From Candidatus Latescibacterota bacterium (lineage in GTDB: Bacteria > Latescibacterota > UBA2968 > GCA-2709665): a stretch of 64,000 bases of DNA. The position numbers were made by a program, and so were the translations under genes. The notes under the pieces are model-generated. The model ran no database searches, was not told where the DNA came from, and saw only the letters and a list, made by a program, of their open reading frames with translations. The stretch lies in NCBI GenBank assembly GCA_965222075.1, contig OZ244937.1:384001-448000 (forward strand), read 5' to 3'. Below, in pieces: positions 11,792 to 21,038 of the stretch. The first letter of the stretch is position 1, and every line of letters starts with the position of its first letter.

Positions 11792-14320
11792 ATGAACGAA
11801 GCCACAGCGCGTATCAAGATCAACAAGCTGCTCGAAGCAGCCGGGTGGCGCTTTTTCGACGAAGCGGACAAACCCGCCAATATTTGTCTCGAACCGAGTG
11901 TCAAGATCGGGAGGTCCGACCTTGACGCATTGGGCGACAATTTCGAGAAGACGACCGGCTATATCGATTTTCTCCTGTTGGACGACAGAGGCTTGCCTCT
12001 GATCGTGTTAGAGGCCAAGTCGGAGGAGAAGCAGCCGCTGGTGGGAAAGGAACAGGCACGGAAGTACGCCCGCTCGCAGAACTGCCGGTTTGTTATTCTC
12101 TCGAATGGCAATCTGCATTATTTCTGGGACCTCGAACGCGGCAATCCGTACATCATCACTTCGTTCCCGACGCCGGAGTCGGTGAGTGGCTACAACAAGG
12201 TCAGGCCCGACCCAAAGCGCTTGATCGATGAGCAGATCCGTGAGGATTACATCGTTCTTTCCCAGCGGCCCAATTATGCTTCCGAAGCGGCGTGGAAGAA
12301 CGAAGCCGAACGGCCCGGCTTCATCAAAGCCCACAAGCTGCACTTTCTGCGTGCGTATCAACTGAAAGCCATTCACGCGCTGCAGCGGGCGGTGAAAGAC
12401 GGCAACGACCGGTTTCTGTTCGAGATGGCTACGGGTACGGGTAAGACGCTGGTGGCGGGAGCGATTATCAAGCTCTTTCTGCGCTCCGGCAACGCCTCTC
12501 GGGTGCTGTTCCTGGTGGACCGCCTCGAGCTGGAGGAGCAGGCCAGGAAGGTCTTCGCCGCCTTGTTATCAGCGGACTTTCGGACGGTGGTTTACAAAGA
12601 GAAACGCGACGACTGGCGCTCAGCGGAGATCGTTGTTACCACCGTCCAGTCGCTGCTGTTCAACAACAAGTACCAGGCGCTCTTCTCGCCGACTGATTTC
12701 GATCTCGTGATTTCTGACGAAGCGCATCGGTCCATCAGTGGCAATGCCCGGGCGGTGTTCGACTACTTCGTCGGGTACAAGCTGGGCCTTACCGCGACGC
12801 CTCGAGACTACCTGAGGGGATTTGGCAAGACCGGCCCCAATGTTCACACCCCTCGTGAGGTTGAGCGGAGGCTGTTGCTCGACACGTACCGCACATTTGG
12901 GTGCGAGAGCGGGCAGCCCACGTTCAGGTACTCGCTGCTCGATGGCGTGAAGGACGGCTATCTGATCAATCCTACGGTGGTGGACGCCCGCACCGAGGTG
13001 ACTACCCAATTGCTTGCAGATGACGGTTTCGTGGTCTCCTTCACCGACGATACGGGGGAGGAGCAGGATGAGACGTTCAGGCAGCGCGAGTTTGAGAAGC
13101 GTTTCTTCTCCGATGCAACCAACCAGGTTTTCTGCAAAACGTTTCTTGAGCATGCGCTGCGCGATCCCGTCAGTGGCGAAGTCGGCAAGTCCATCGTTTT
13201 TGCGGTCAGCCAGAACCACGCGGCCAGGCTGACGCAGACTCTCAATGAGATGGCCGATGTCATGTTTCCGGGCAAGTATCAATCGGACTTCGCCGTGCAG
13301 GTCACCTCGCAGATACCGGATGCTCAGCAGTTCACGATCAACTTTGCCAACAACAATCTGCTGGGATCGGACAATTTTCTCTCCGCCTACCGGACGAGCA
13401 AAGCGCGGGTTTGTGTGACGGTTGGGATGATGACCACCGGCTACGACTGCACCGATATTCTGAATCTGGGTCTGTTTCGGCCCATTTTCTCACCTACCGA
13501 CTTCATCCAGATCAAAGGGCGCGGCACGCGGACACACAGCTTCCTGGAGCAGGTACTCGATTCAAGCCTGGCGGAGGGTGTGGTCCAGCCCGATAAGACC
13601 GCGTTCAAGCTGTTCGATTTCTTTGGCAACTGCGAGTACTTCGAGACCGCGTTCGACTACGACGAGGTGTTGAAGCTGCCTGTCTATAAAGATGTCCGTG
13701 AGAGAGGGGGCGGGGAATCGCCCGGCTCCGACGCAGGCGCCTACGCGTACCTGGGCAGGGACATCCTCTCCACGATCGGGGAGGAGACCATCGGTTCGGA
13801 GGGGATGAAGATCGACCGCATGTTCTTTGAGAAGTTCGAGGATGCCGTGCGACAGGACGAGGTCATCGCAGCAGCCGTCGAGGCCGGGCAGTGGGACCGG
13901 GTGATCGACTATGTCAACCAGGAGGTTTTCGACCGGCCCGAGGAGTATTACACCCTGGCCAAGCTGCGCCAGGCCGCGGCCGTGGACCGCCGCCTCACTT
14001 TGCGCGAGATTCTGGAGAAGGCGTTCGGGCTGATCCCGCATTTCAAATCCAGGGACGAAATGCTGGAGGAGGAATTCGCCAAGTTCGTGGCTGACTATAC
14101 GCCCGAAGAGGTCGCGTCCATCCCGGCGATCAAGACGTATTTCAAGGCGTACGTGACGAGCGACCAGATCCGCCACATTATCGAAAACCGGCATTTCACC
14201 GACCTGGCCACCAACCCGGTTTTCTCTACGCAGGACCTGCGCGCCGTGCCGGAAAAATACCGCGGCCTTGTTCCCGAGTACGTCAAGGATTATGTGCCGT
14301 TGAACCAGTTTGCTGCATAG
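11792..14320 (+). CDS. hsdR: Type I restriction enzyme R subunit (HsdR, DEAD-type translocase)
   Basis: Nuclease motif IDFLL..VLEAK; MATGTGKT; DEAHRS; GLTATP; QIKGRGTR. Confidence 0.92.
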   Translation: MNEATARIKINKLLEAAGWRFFDEADKPANICLEPSVKIGRSDLDALGDNFEKTTGYIDFLLLDDRGLPLIVLEAKSEEKQPLVGKEQARKYARSQNCRFVILSNGNLHYFWDLERGNPYIITSFPTPESVSGYNKVRPDPKRLIDEQIREDYIVLSQRPNYASEAAWKNEAERPGFIKAHKLHFLRAYQLKAIHALQRAVKDGNDRFLFEMATGTGKTLVAGAIIKLFLRSGNASRVLFLVDRLELEEQARKVFAALLSADFRTVVYKEKRDDWRSAEIVVTTVQSLLFNNKYQALFSPTDFDLVISDEAHRSISGNARAVFDYFVGYKLGLTATPRDYLRGFGKTGPNVHTPREVERRLLLDTYRTFGCESGQPTFRYSLLDGVKDGYLINPTVVDARTEVTTQLLADDGFVVSFTDDTGEEQDETFRQREFEKRFFSDATNQVFCKTFLEHALRDPVSGEVGKSIVFAVSQNHAARLTQTLNEMADVMFPGKYQSDFAVQVTSQIPDAQQFTINFANNNLLGSDNFLSAYRTSKARVCVTVGMMTTGYDCTDILNLGLFRPIFSPTDFIQIKGRGTRTHSFLEQVLDSSLAEGVVQPDKTAFKLFDFFGNCEYFETAFDYDEVLKLPVYKDVRERGGGESPGSDAGAYAYLGRDILSTIGEETIGSEGMKIDRMFFEKFEDAVRQDEVIAAAVEAGQWDRVIDYVNQEVFDRPEEYYTLAKLRQAAAVDRRLTLREILEKAFGLIPHFKSRDEMLEEEFAKFVADYTPEEVASIPAIKTYFKAYVTSDQIRHIIENRHFTDLATNPVFSTQDLRAVPEKYRGLVPEYVKDYVPLNQFAA

Positions 14321-14327
14321 GGAACAT

Positions 14328-14471
14328 GGATAGACAGGATAGACAGGATAGACAGGATAGACAGGATAGACAGGATAGACAGGATAGACAGGATAGACAG
14401 GATAGACAGGATAGACAGGATAGATAGGATAGACAGGATAGATAGGATAGACAGGATAGACAGGATAGACA
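14328..14471 (+). repeat. Tandem array of 16 x 9-bp GGATAGACA (units 11 and 13 are GGATAGATA)
   Basis: Counted directly; it is an expanded left arm of repeat family B. Confidence 0.95.
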
Positions 14472-14481
14472 GGATGAGAAG

Positions 14482-14862
14482 ATGCTGCACGCGAGGCTGA
14501 CTCGCTCGATTATCGGGTGCGCGTTTGAGGTGATCAATGAGCTTGGGAGCGGGTTTTTGGAATCCGTATATGAGAAGGCGATGATGGTTGCTCTATCCGA
14601 TGTCGGAGTTTCCTTTGAGGTCCAAAAGCCCATCGGAGTGAGTTTTCGTGGAAAGCCCGTTGGCGATTTCTACGCGGATATTCTTGTCGAAGACAAAGTG
14701 ATCGTCGAACTCAAAGCGGTGAAGGCTCTGGCGCCAGAGCATGAAGCCCAGGTCATCAACTATTTGAATGCGACCGGCGTCGAGGTCGGACTGCTGATCA
14801 ACTTCGGGAGTCCGAGACTGGAATTCAAACGCTTTACACGGAGTAAGAATAAACATGGATAG
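14482..14862 (+). CDS. GxxExxY protein (PD-(D/E)xK fold putative nuclease)
   Basis: GFLESVY motif; ADILVEDKVIVELKAV; QVINYL; GLLINFG. Confidence 0.92.
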   Translation: MLHARLTRSIIGCAFEVINELGSGFLESVYEKAMMVALSDVGVSFEVQKPIGVSFRGKPVGDFYADILVEDKVIVELKAVKALAPEHEAQVINYLNATGVEVGLLINFGSPRLEFKRFTRSKNKHG

Positions 14863-14919
14863 ACAGGATGGACAGGATAGAATCAACGGCCTGAAATCCT
14901 GTTCATCCATGTGAATAAA
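14854..14919. repeat. Hairpin repeat family B copy, overlapping the GxxExxY stop
   Basis: CATGGATAGACAGGATGGACAGGAT...ATCCTGTTCATCCATGTGAATAAA. Confidence 0.85.
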
Positions 14920-14936
14920 TCAGAAGACGGGAGTTA

Positions 14937-15161
14937 GTGATGACCAGACAGTTGACAGCAATTATCGAACGCGAAGGCGATGGCTACGTCGCCCTCTGCG
15001 CTGAGTTGGACATTGCGAGTCAGGGGGCAACCGTGGCTGAGGCTCGGGAAAATTTGAAGGAGGCATTGGAGTTGTTTTTCGAGACGGCTTCAGCCACCGA
15101 AATTCAGCAGCGGCTGCACGAGGAAGTGTACGTAACGCAGGTGGAGGTCGCAGTTGGCTAA
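14937..15161 (+). CDS. hicB: HicB-family antitoxin (copy 1 of a repeated gene)
   Basis: IIEREGDGYVALCAELDIASQGATVAEARENLKEAL. Confidence 0.85.
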   Translation: MMTRQLTAIIEREGDGYVALCAELDIASQGATVAEARENLKEALELFFETASATEIQQRLHEEVYVTQVEVAVG

Positions 15162-15372
15162 ACTCCGGGTATTATCAGGCCGGGAAGCCTGCGGAATACT
15201 TGCGAATCACGGATTTATCGAGGTCCGGCGCAGGGGTAGCCATGTAATCATGCAAAAGGTCGAGCCCAGCAGCACCATCACCGTCCCGGTTCCTGACCAC
15301 AGGGAACTGCGGATGGGAACGCTGATGTCAATCATTAGGCAATCGGGGCTGCCCAGAACATTGTTCGAGTAA
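15154..15372 (+). CDS. hicA: HicA-family toxin
   Basis: GFIEVRRRGSHVIM, VPDHRELRMGTLMSII. Confidence 0.87.
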   Translation: MAKLRVLSGREACGILANHGFIEVRRRGSHVIMQKVEPSSTITVPVPDHRELRMGTLMSIIRQSGLPRTLFE

Positions 15373-15420
15373 AGTACATCATTTGCCGTTGTACACGCAC
15401 AATTCGTCATTGATGCGCAG

Positions 15421-15548
15421 ATGGAGGGGAAGATACGGGCGGTCATTGGGCGGGTGTGGGGTGACGAGTAACATGGATACACAGGATAGGCAGGATGAAA
15501 AACTGAAAATCCTGAAATCCTGTTCATCCTGTCCATCCATGTAAATTA
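15421..15548 (+). repeat. hsdS-3'-like segment (MEGKIRAVIGRVWGDE*) plus full family B hairpin
   Basis: Similar to the true HsdM-S end at 18043-18084 followed by ATGGAT..ACAGGAT...ATCCTGTTCATCCTGTCCATCCAT. Confidence 0.85.
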
Positions 15549-15558
15549 AGGAGATCGC

Positions 15559-18126
15559 ATGCTTGATGCCGAAACGAAACGCCGCATCGACACCGCCCGC
15601 GATATTCTCGTGGGCAAGGTGCCCGACCCCAAGAGCCAGGTTGAGCAGATTACCATCGCGCTGATCTACAAGTTTATGGACGATATGGATGCCGGGAGCG
15701 AGGAATTCGGGGGTGTGCGCAAGTTCTTTGCCGGCGAGTTCGCCCGCTTCGGCTGGGCCAGGCTGATGCGCTCCGGCCTGGGCGGGCACGAGATGCTCAA
15801 TCTCTACGCTGAGGCCATTGTCAAGATGCCGGAGAACCCCGGCATTCCGGCGCTTTTCCGGGATATTTTCCAGAATGCCTTTTTGCCCTACCGCGATCCG
15901 GAGACTCTGCGCGCTTTCTTGAAGGTCATCGACGAGTTCACCTACGATCACAGCGAACGGCTGGGCGACGCCTTTGAGTATCTGCTTTCGGTCCTGGGCT
16001 CGCAGGGTGACGCCGGGCAGTTCCGCACGCCGCGCCATATTATCGATTTTATCGTGTCGGTGGTCGATCCGAAGAAGGAAGAGACTGTGCTCGACCCGGC
16101 CTGCGGTACCGCCGGGTTCCTGATTTCGTCGTACAAGCATATTCTGGAGGCCAATACCGACGATGAGGGGAACAGTACGCTCACGCCGGACGAGAGAGGC
16201 AAACTCGCGGCCAATTTCAAGGGCTATGATATTTCGCCGGATATGGTGCGCCTGTCGCTGGTGAATCTGTACCTGCACGGCTTTGCCGATCCGCATATCT
16301 TTGAATACGACACGCTGACGAGCGAGGATCGCTGGAACGAGTATGCCGATGTGATTTTGGCCAATCCGCCGTTTATGTCGCCCAAGGGCGGCATCCGCCC
16401 GCACAGCCGCTTTTCGGTGAAGTCCAAACGCAGCGAAGTGCTGTTCGTGGACTATATGGCGGAGCATCTGACGCCTGCGGGGCGCGCCGGTATTATTGTG
16501 CCGGAGGGCATTATCTTTCAGAGCCAGAACGCCTATAAGCAGTTGCGCAAGGTGCTGGTGGAAAATTATCTGGTGGCCGTCATTTCGTTGCCGGCGGGCG
16601 TGTTTCAGCCCTATTCAGGGGTCAAGACGTCCATTCTGCTGCTGGACAGGGCGCTGGCGAAAAAGACGGACCGCATCGCGTTTTTCAAGGTGGAAAACGA
16701 TGGGTTTGATCTGGGGGCGCAGCGGCGGGAGATTGCGGAGAACGACTTGCCGCAGGTGACGGAGAAGCTTGGCGAATATCTGGGGCGGCTACGGGCGGGC
16801 GAGTCGGTGTACGACTTCGAGCCGGCGCCGACCGCTCGTGTGGCGGAACCTGGGGTGGAGTATACAACGGACAGTTTTCAACCCACATTTGGGCTGATCG
16901 CCGATAAGGAGAAGATTGCGGCGGGTGGGGAGTATAATCTGAGTGGGGAGCGGTATCGGACTGAACACTCCATCCGATCCGATTGGCCTTCTGTGAGAGT
17001 GAGAGATGTATTCAAGAAGGCGGAGGAAACTGTCTTGCCTATGTCGCTCCGTGGTCCCGTGAGCTACGTAGGGCTTAAAAATATTACGCAGACCAGCGGT
17101 CAACTATCAGGGAATATCACGACCGATAATCCAGCAGAGATCAAGAGTCTGAAGAATGTCTTCTGTCCCGGCGACATTCTCTATGGAAAGCTACGGCCGA
17201 ATCTCAACAAGGTCTGGCTCTCGGATCGGAAGGGAATCTGCTCGACAGATATATTCGTTGTTCGGCCTCTGGATGAACGTGTTTTACCAGCCTTGTACGC
17301 CTACGTCTTTCGAAGTGGTCACTTCAATGATGCAGTCTTGGGCCAACTCAAAGGTGCACAGCTTCCGCGTATAGGTTGGCAGTCGTTTGCAAACCTCGAA
17401 ATCCCCCTACCGCCGCTGGAGGTGCAGCGGGAGATTGTGGCGGAGATAGAGGGGTATCAGCGGGTGATAGACGGGGCGCGGGCGGTGATTGACAACTACC
17501 GGCCGCATATTGTGGTTGATCCTGAGTGGCCGGCAAAAGAGCTATCTGAAGTCGCAATCAGAATCACTGACGACACCCATACAACTCCAAATTACACAGA
17601 CTCAGGGATTCCTTTTCTCCGGGTCACTGATATTACTAAAAGCAACGCATCAAAAAAGTTTATCTCTGAAGAGGAACATATGAAGCTCATTAAAAGGTGC
17701 CATCCACAGAAGGGAGATGTCCTATATTCAAAAAATGGCACAATCGGAGTTGCGAAGGTAATTGATTGGGAAGGGGATTTCAGCATCTTCGTAAGCCTTG
17801 CTCTGATCAAGCCGCGTCGAGAATTAGTAAACTCTCGTTATCTTGAGTATTTCCTGAATTCGGACACCGCTTATGCACAGGCTACATCTCGATCAAAATC
17901 CGGAACGGTGACTAACCTTCACTTGGTAGATATCAAGACAATTAAAATCCCTCTTCCACCTCTAATCAAGCAGCAAGAAGTCGTCGCCGAGATCGAAGCC
18001 GAGCAGGCACTGGTGGATGCTAACCGGGAGTTGATTGAGCGATTTGAGAAGAAGATACGGGATGTGGTGGGGCGGGTGTGGGGGTTAAGTACCATGGATA
18101 AACAGGATAGACAGGATGAAAACTGA
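15559..18126 (+). CDS. Type I R-M fused methyltransferase-specificity subunit (HsdM-HsdS)
   Basis: GQFRTP, DPACGTAGFL (motif I), NPPF (motif IV); two TRDs ending PLPPLEVQREIVAEIE and PLPPLIKQQEVVAEIE; C-terminus reads into repeat B. Confidence 0.92.
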   Translation: MLDAETKRRIDTARDILVGKVPDPKSQVEQITIALIYKFMDDMDAGSEEFGGVRKFFAGEFARFGWARLMRSGLGGHEMLNLYAEAIVKMPENPGIPALFRDIFQNAFLPYRDPETLRAFLKVIDEFTYDHSERLGDAFEYLLSVLGSQGDAGQFRTPRHIIDFIVSVVDPKKEETVLDPACGTAGFLISSYKHILEANTDDEGNSTLTPDERGKLAANFKGYDISPDMVRLSLVNLYLHGFADPHIFEYDTLTSEDRWNEYADVILANPPFMSPKGGIRPHSRFSVKSKRSEVLFVDYMAEHLTPAGRAGIIVPEGIIFQSQNAYKQLRKVLVENYLVAVISLPAGVFQPYSGVKTSILLLDRALAKKTDRIAFFKVENDGFDLGAQRREIAENDLPQVTEKLGEYLGRLRAGESVYDFEPAPTARVAEPGVEYTTDSFQPTFGLIADKEKIAAGGEYNLSGERYRTEHSIRSDWPSVRVRDVFKKAEETVLPMSLRGPVSYVGLKNITQTSGQLSGNITTDNPAEIKSLKNVFCPGDILYGKLRPNLNKVWLSDRKGICSTDIFVVRPLDERVLPALYAYVFRSGHFNDAVLGQLKGAQLPRIGWQSFANLEIPLPPLEVQREIVAEIEGYQRVIDGARAVIDNYRPHIVVDPEWPAKELSEVAIRITDDTHTTPNYTDSGIPFLRVTDITKSNASKKFISEEEHMKLIKRCHPQKGDVLYSKNGTIGVAKVIDWEGDFSIFVSLALIKPRRELVNSRYLEYFLNSDTAYAQATSRSKSGTVTNLHLVDIKTIKIPLPPLIKQQEVVAEIEAEQALVDANRELIERFEKKIRDVVGRVWGLSTMDKQDRQDEN

Positions 18127-18169
18127 AAACCCTGAAATTCTGTTCATCCTGTCTATCCACTTGAATAAA
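18093..18169. repeat. Hairpin repeat family B copy
   Basis: CATGGATAAACAGGATAGACAGGATG...TTCTGTTCATCCTGTCTATCCAC. Confidence 0.85.
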
Positions 18170-18275
18170 GTAGATAAGAAAGGCCGGAGTCTGCGGTGAC
18201 TTGGCAGGCGACGGCGTATTGCATCCCTCTACATTCGGGGGGCCATTCGGGGCTCGTCGAGGAAAGGAGAGAACA

Positions 18276-19307
18276 ATGCTCTACAAGCTCAATGCTGATG
18301 ATATCGAATCAAGTACACCTATGGAGGTCAGAACGCCGGCAGATTTCAATCTAAAAGAACAGGACATAGAGAATTTCTTGAGATCTCGCCTCCATGAAGT
18401 CGTTTCTGAAGAGCAACTCATGCTGATCGGACAAGAACGTAAGATGCAAGAAGAGGCCGATTTGTTGGCTCTCGACAAGGATGGAGTGCTTTACATTTTT
18501 GAGTTGAAGCGGTGGCAATCCAGCCAGGAGAACATACTCCAAGTAATGAGATATGGACAGATTTTTGGAAGATACACCTATGAAGAATTGCAAGATTTTG
18601 CAAAGCGACAGCAGAAACTGGACGGCAGTCTAAAAGAAAAACACAAGGACCATTTCGATCTTGATAACGAACTGTCAGATTCGAAGTTTAATACAGATCA
18701 GGTTTTTGTATTGGTCACAAATGGCACAGATAAAGATACGATCTCTGCCGTGAATTTCTGGTCTAAAAAAGGTGTAAATATCAAATGTTCCCCCTACCGA
18801 ATATATGATATAAACGGAGAGCCGTACATTCAGTTTGACACGTACAATCTGGACGATGAGGTTCTTCCCGATGAGAATACCGGTTTCTTCATCGTCAACA
18901 CAAACAAAACGTACATGTCGCATGCTTGGAAGGATATGCTACATGACCGTTCAACGGGCAAGGCTTCCGCGTATTACGACCGAAAAAGCTCTGTCTCCCG
19001 GATTTCAAAAGGTTCCCGTGTATACCTCTACCATACCGGAGTCGGTGTTATAGCCTGTGGCACAGCAAGTTCCGGATATAGGAAAACGGATTACCAAGGT
19101 GATGTAAACGAAGAGTTTTACGTCCCATTAAAATTTGTAGAATTTGGCTGGGCCTTAGATGAAAGTGAATGGGAGGATAGGGCACCGAAAGCATGGGAAA
19201 TTAATAGAAAATGCAATTCAAGCCATCGATTTAGACAGACCGTGTTTGCAATCACCAAGGAGATGGCAGATACAATTGACTCCATATTTTCAGAGAAGAA
19301 GGAGTAA
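18276..19307 (+). CDS. NucS-like PD-(D/E)xK endonuclease with probable C-terminal EVE/PUA-like domain
   Basis: ADLLALDKDG..IFELKR..QVMRYG; C-terminal KGSRVYLYHTGVGVIACG; RBS GAAAGGAG. Confidence 0.7.
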   Translation: MLYKLNADDIESSTPMEVRTPADFNLKEQDIENFLRSRLHEVVSEEQLMLIGQERKMQEEADLLALDKDGVLYIFELKRWQSSQENILQVMRYGQIFGRYTYEELQDFAKRQQKLDGSLKEKHKDHFDLDNELSDSKFNTDQVFVLVTNGTDKDTISAVNFWSKKGVNIKCSPYRIYDINGEPYIQFDTYNLDDEVLPDENTGFFIVNTNKTYMSHAWKDMLHDRSTGKASAYYDRKSSVSRISKGSRVYLYHTGVGVIACGTASSGYRKTDYQGDVNEEFYVPLKFVEFGWALDESEWEDRAPKAWEINRKCNSSHRFRQTVFAITKEMADTIDSIFSEKKE

Positions 19308-19406
19308 CAGGTGGAAGAGCAGCGTTTGGAGTTTTGAGGCCGAAGGACAACGGTCTGTAAACCGTGTACCAGCACCGCATCGAACACATTCGTAGCTCTT
19401 GATTAG

Positions 19407-19670
19407 CTATCGCACCCAGGGACCGGCATCCAGCGGCCCGTTTTCATCGCTGGCGGGAGCGCCGACCGCTTGTAACGGCGCACCGGGCTGCTGGTCGGAC
19501 TCAATTTCCGGATACTCCATCCACTGGCGTCCATCCAGAGTATTCCCGCCCGATTTGGGTGTACGCCCGCCCCATTGCTTGAAGAAGAAGGCGACGCGCT
19601 GGGCCTGACACCGGTCGCGCAATTCATGTACCCACTCTGCCTGAATTGGACGGGCTCTCGGCCCGCTCTC
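19407..19670 (-). pseudogene. 3' fragment of the DUF5131 gene (duplicate)
   Basis: Closely similar to 28775-28980 (FFFKQWGGRTPK.GGNTLDGRQW.EYP). Confidence 0.85.
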
Positions 19671-19799
19671 CTCACAGGCAACTCAGATCTTGCTTCGACC
19701 TCTCTCAGGGTTTGTCAGGTGAACTCAGACAAAATTTACCGGCCCCTTCACTAATAAAGGGTAGATCGTCAGGACCTCACACATACGAGGAGAAGAGAG

Positions 19800-20327
19800 A
19801 TGCGAAAGTTCACACTATGCATCCTGTTTTACTGCTTAGGTGCCGTCTCTACATGCTTAAGCGCTGAAGAAACAACGAAGAAAGCGGTTTCTTTGAAAGG
19901 CATCACCGCGCGGCGCTTCACACATCGCTCGATCATCGTCAAGTTCACCACTTCACCTGTGAAGTTTAAGTTTGAACGGGCTGGTGATGAGTTCAACGGC
20001 TTCTCTGCTAACACAAATGCCAGGCATATGTGGATTAACCTGGAAGGACAACCTCTCACCAAGGTAATCCTGTTCTATGCTGTCTCAACAGATCACGCCG
20101 TCAATATGGTCAATACGGGAGTGGCGCTGGACCTCCTCAATCACCTCTTCCCCGATTGGGAGGCAAGAGGTAAATGGTATGCCAACGCGCTGCAATCAGT
20201 CATCCAGTCCAGAGAGCTGAACGACGTGAGACGTAAGATGAAGACCAGGAACGGACTGCGCATCGAGCTGGAATACCACAAGATGGCGGGGCTACTAAGG
20301 CTATATGTAAGTCGTATAACCTATTGA
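19800..20327 (+). CDS. Hypothetical exported protein
   Basis: Signal-peptide-like N-terminus, RBS GAGGAG; no recognised family. Confidence 0.6.
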   Translation: MRKFTLCILFYCLGAVSTCLSAEETTKKAVSLKGITARRFTHRSIIVKFTTSPVKFKFERAGDEFNGFSANTNARHMWINLEGQPLTKVILFYAVSTDHAVNMVNTGVALDLLNHLFPDWEARGKWYANALQSVIQSRELNDVRRKMKTRNGLRIELEYHKMAGLLRLYVSRITY

Positions 20328-20338
20328 AGGATAACGCC

Positions 20339-20674
20339 ATGCAACAGATCCAGATGGTAGACCTCCACAATGGATTGCAGGGACTCCACGGCTTTACCCG
20401 TGATAAGTTCACAGAGACCGACAAGCAGATCAAGGAGCTGCGAACTCATGTCGACCAGCGCTTTGCAGAGACCGACAAGCAGATCAAGGAGCTGCGAACT
20501 CATGTCGATCAGAGATTCGCAGAAACAGATCAGAAGATCGAAGAGTTCCAAAATCAGGTTGACCAGCGCTTTGAACAGGTTGATCGACGCCTGGGATGCA
20601 TAGAAAGCGACCTGAGTTCTGTCAAGAGCGACCTGAAAGCTATCAAGGATGCGCTTTCAATTATAAGGATATGA
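20339..20674 (+). CDS. Coiled-coil protein with 18-aa tandem repeats
   Basis: (FA)ETDKQIKELRTHVDQR x2 plus a degenerate third unit; 54-bp DNA units starting 20412, 20466, 20520. Confidence 0.7.
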   Translation: MQQIQMVDLHNGLQGLHGFTRDKFTETDKQIKELRTHVDQRFAETDKQIKELRTHVDQRFAETDQKIEEFQNQVDQRFEQVDRRLGCIESDLSSVKSDLKAIKDALSIIRI

Positions 20675-20750
20675 GTGGGGGTACAATACCACGCAGAGAG
20701 TCGCCTGCCAACATTCCCGGATCAGTTGACAGGTGGAAGGGAGAGATAGG

Positions 20751-20921
20751 ATGAGAGGAAAACTGGAGATAGTCCAGGTGCTGGAGAAGTATCCAGACGG
20801 TACAACGATTGATGTGTTGATCACAGAGATGGGCTTGACAGACAGACTGGTGCGTAGTCGCATCAACGCTGCCCGTGCTCGCGGGTACAGCATCGTGAAT
20901 GTGGGATACAAAACGTTCTAG
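20751..20921 (+). CDS. Small probable winged-HTH protein
   Basis: GTTIDVLITEMGLTDRLVRSRINAARARGYSI resembles a wHTH. Confidence 0.45.
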   Translation: MRGKLEIVQVLEKYPDGTTIDVLITEMGLTDRLVRSRINAARARGYSIVNVGYKTF

Positions 20922-21038
20922 CTACAGCCGGGGATCTGGCGGGGCAGGAGGACGCTATGAGGCGGCGTCCTTTGGGGGGACGTCAAACCGAAACAGGCCA
21001 AGAAGGGACGAGTTTCCACTTGACTTGGCCTGTTTTTT

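Noticed and set aside
14328-14471. Possible CRISPR array
   Set aside because: Head-to-tail 9-bp units with no spacers and no cas genes; it is a VNTR
14283-14633. ORFs with SCL and SIL repeats on the minus strand
   Set aside because: Translations of the 9-bp tandem array, antisense to real genes
19301-19410. attC-like site after the NucS-like gene (GAGTAAC...AAGAGC/GCTCTT)
   Set aside because: Only a short inverted match, no GTTRRRY end and no complementary cassette start
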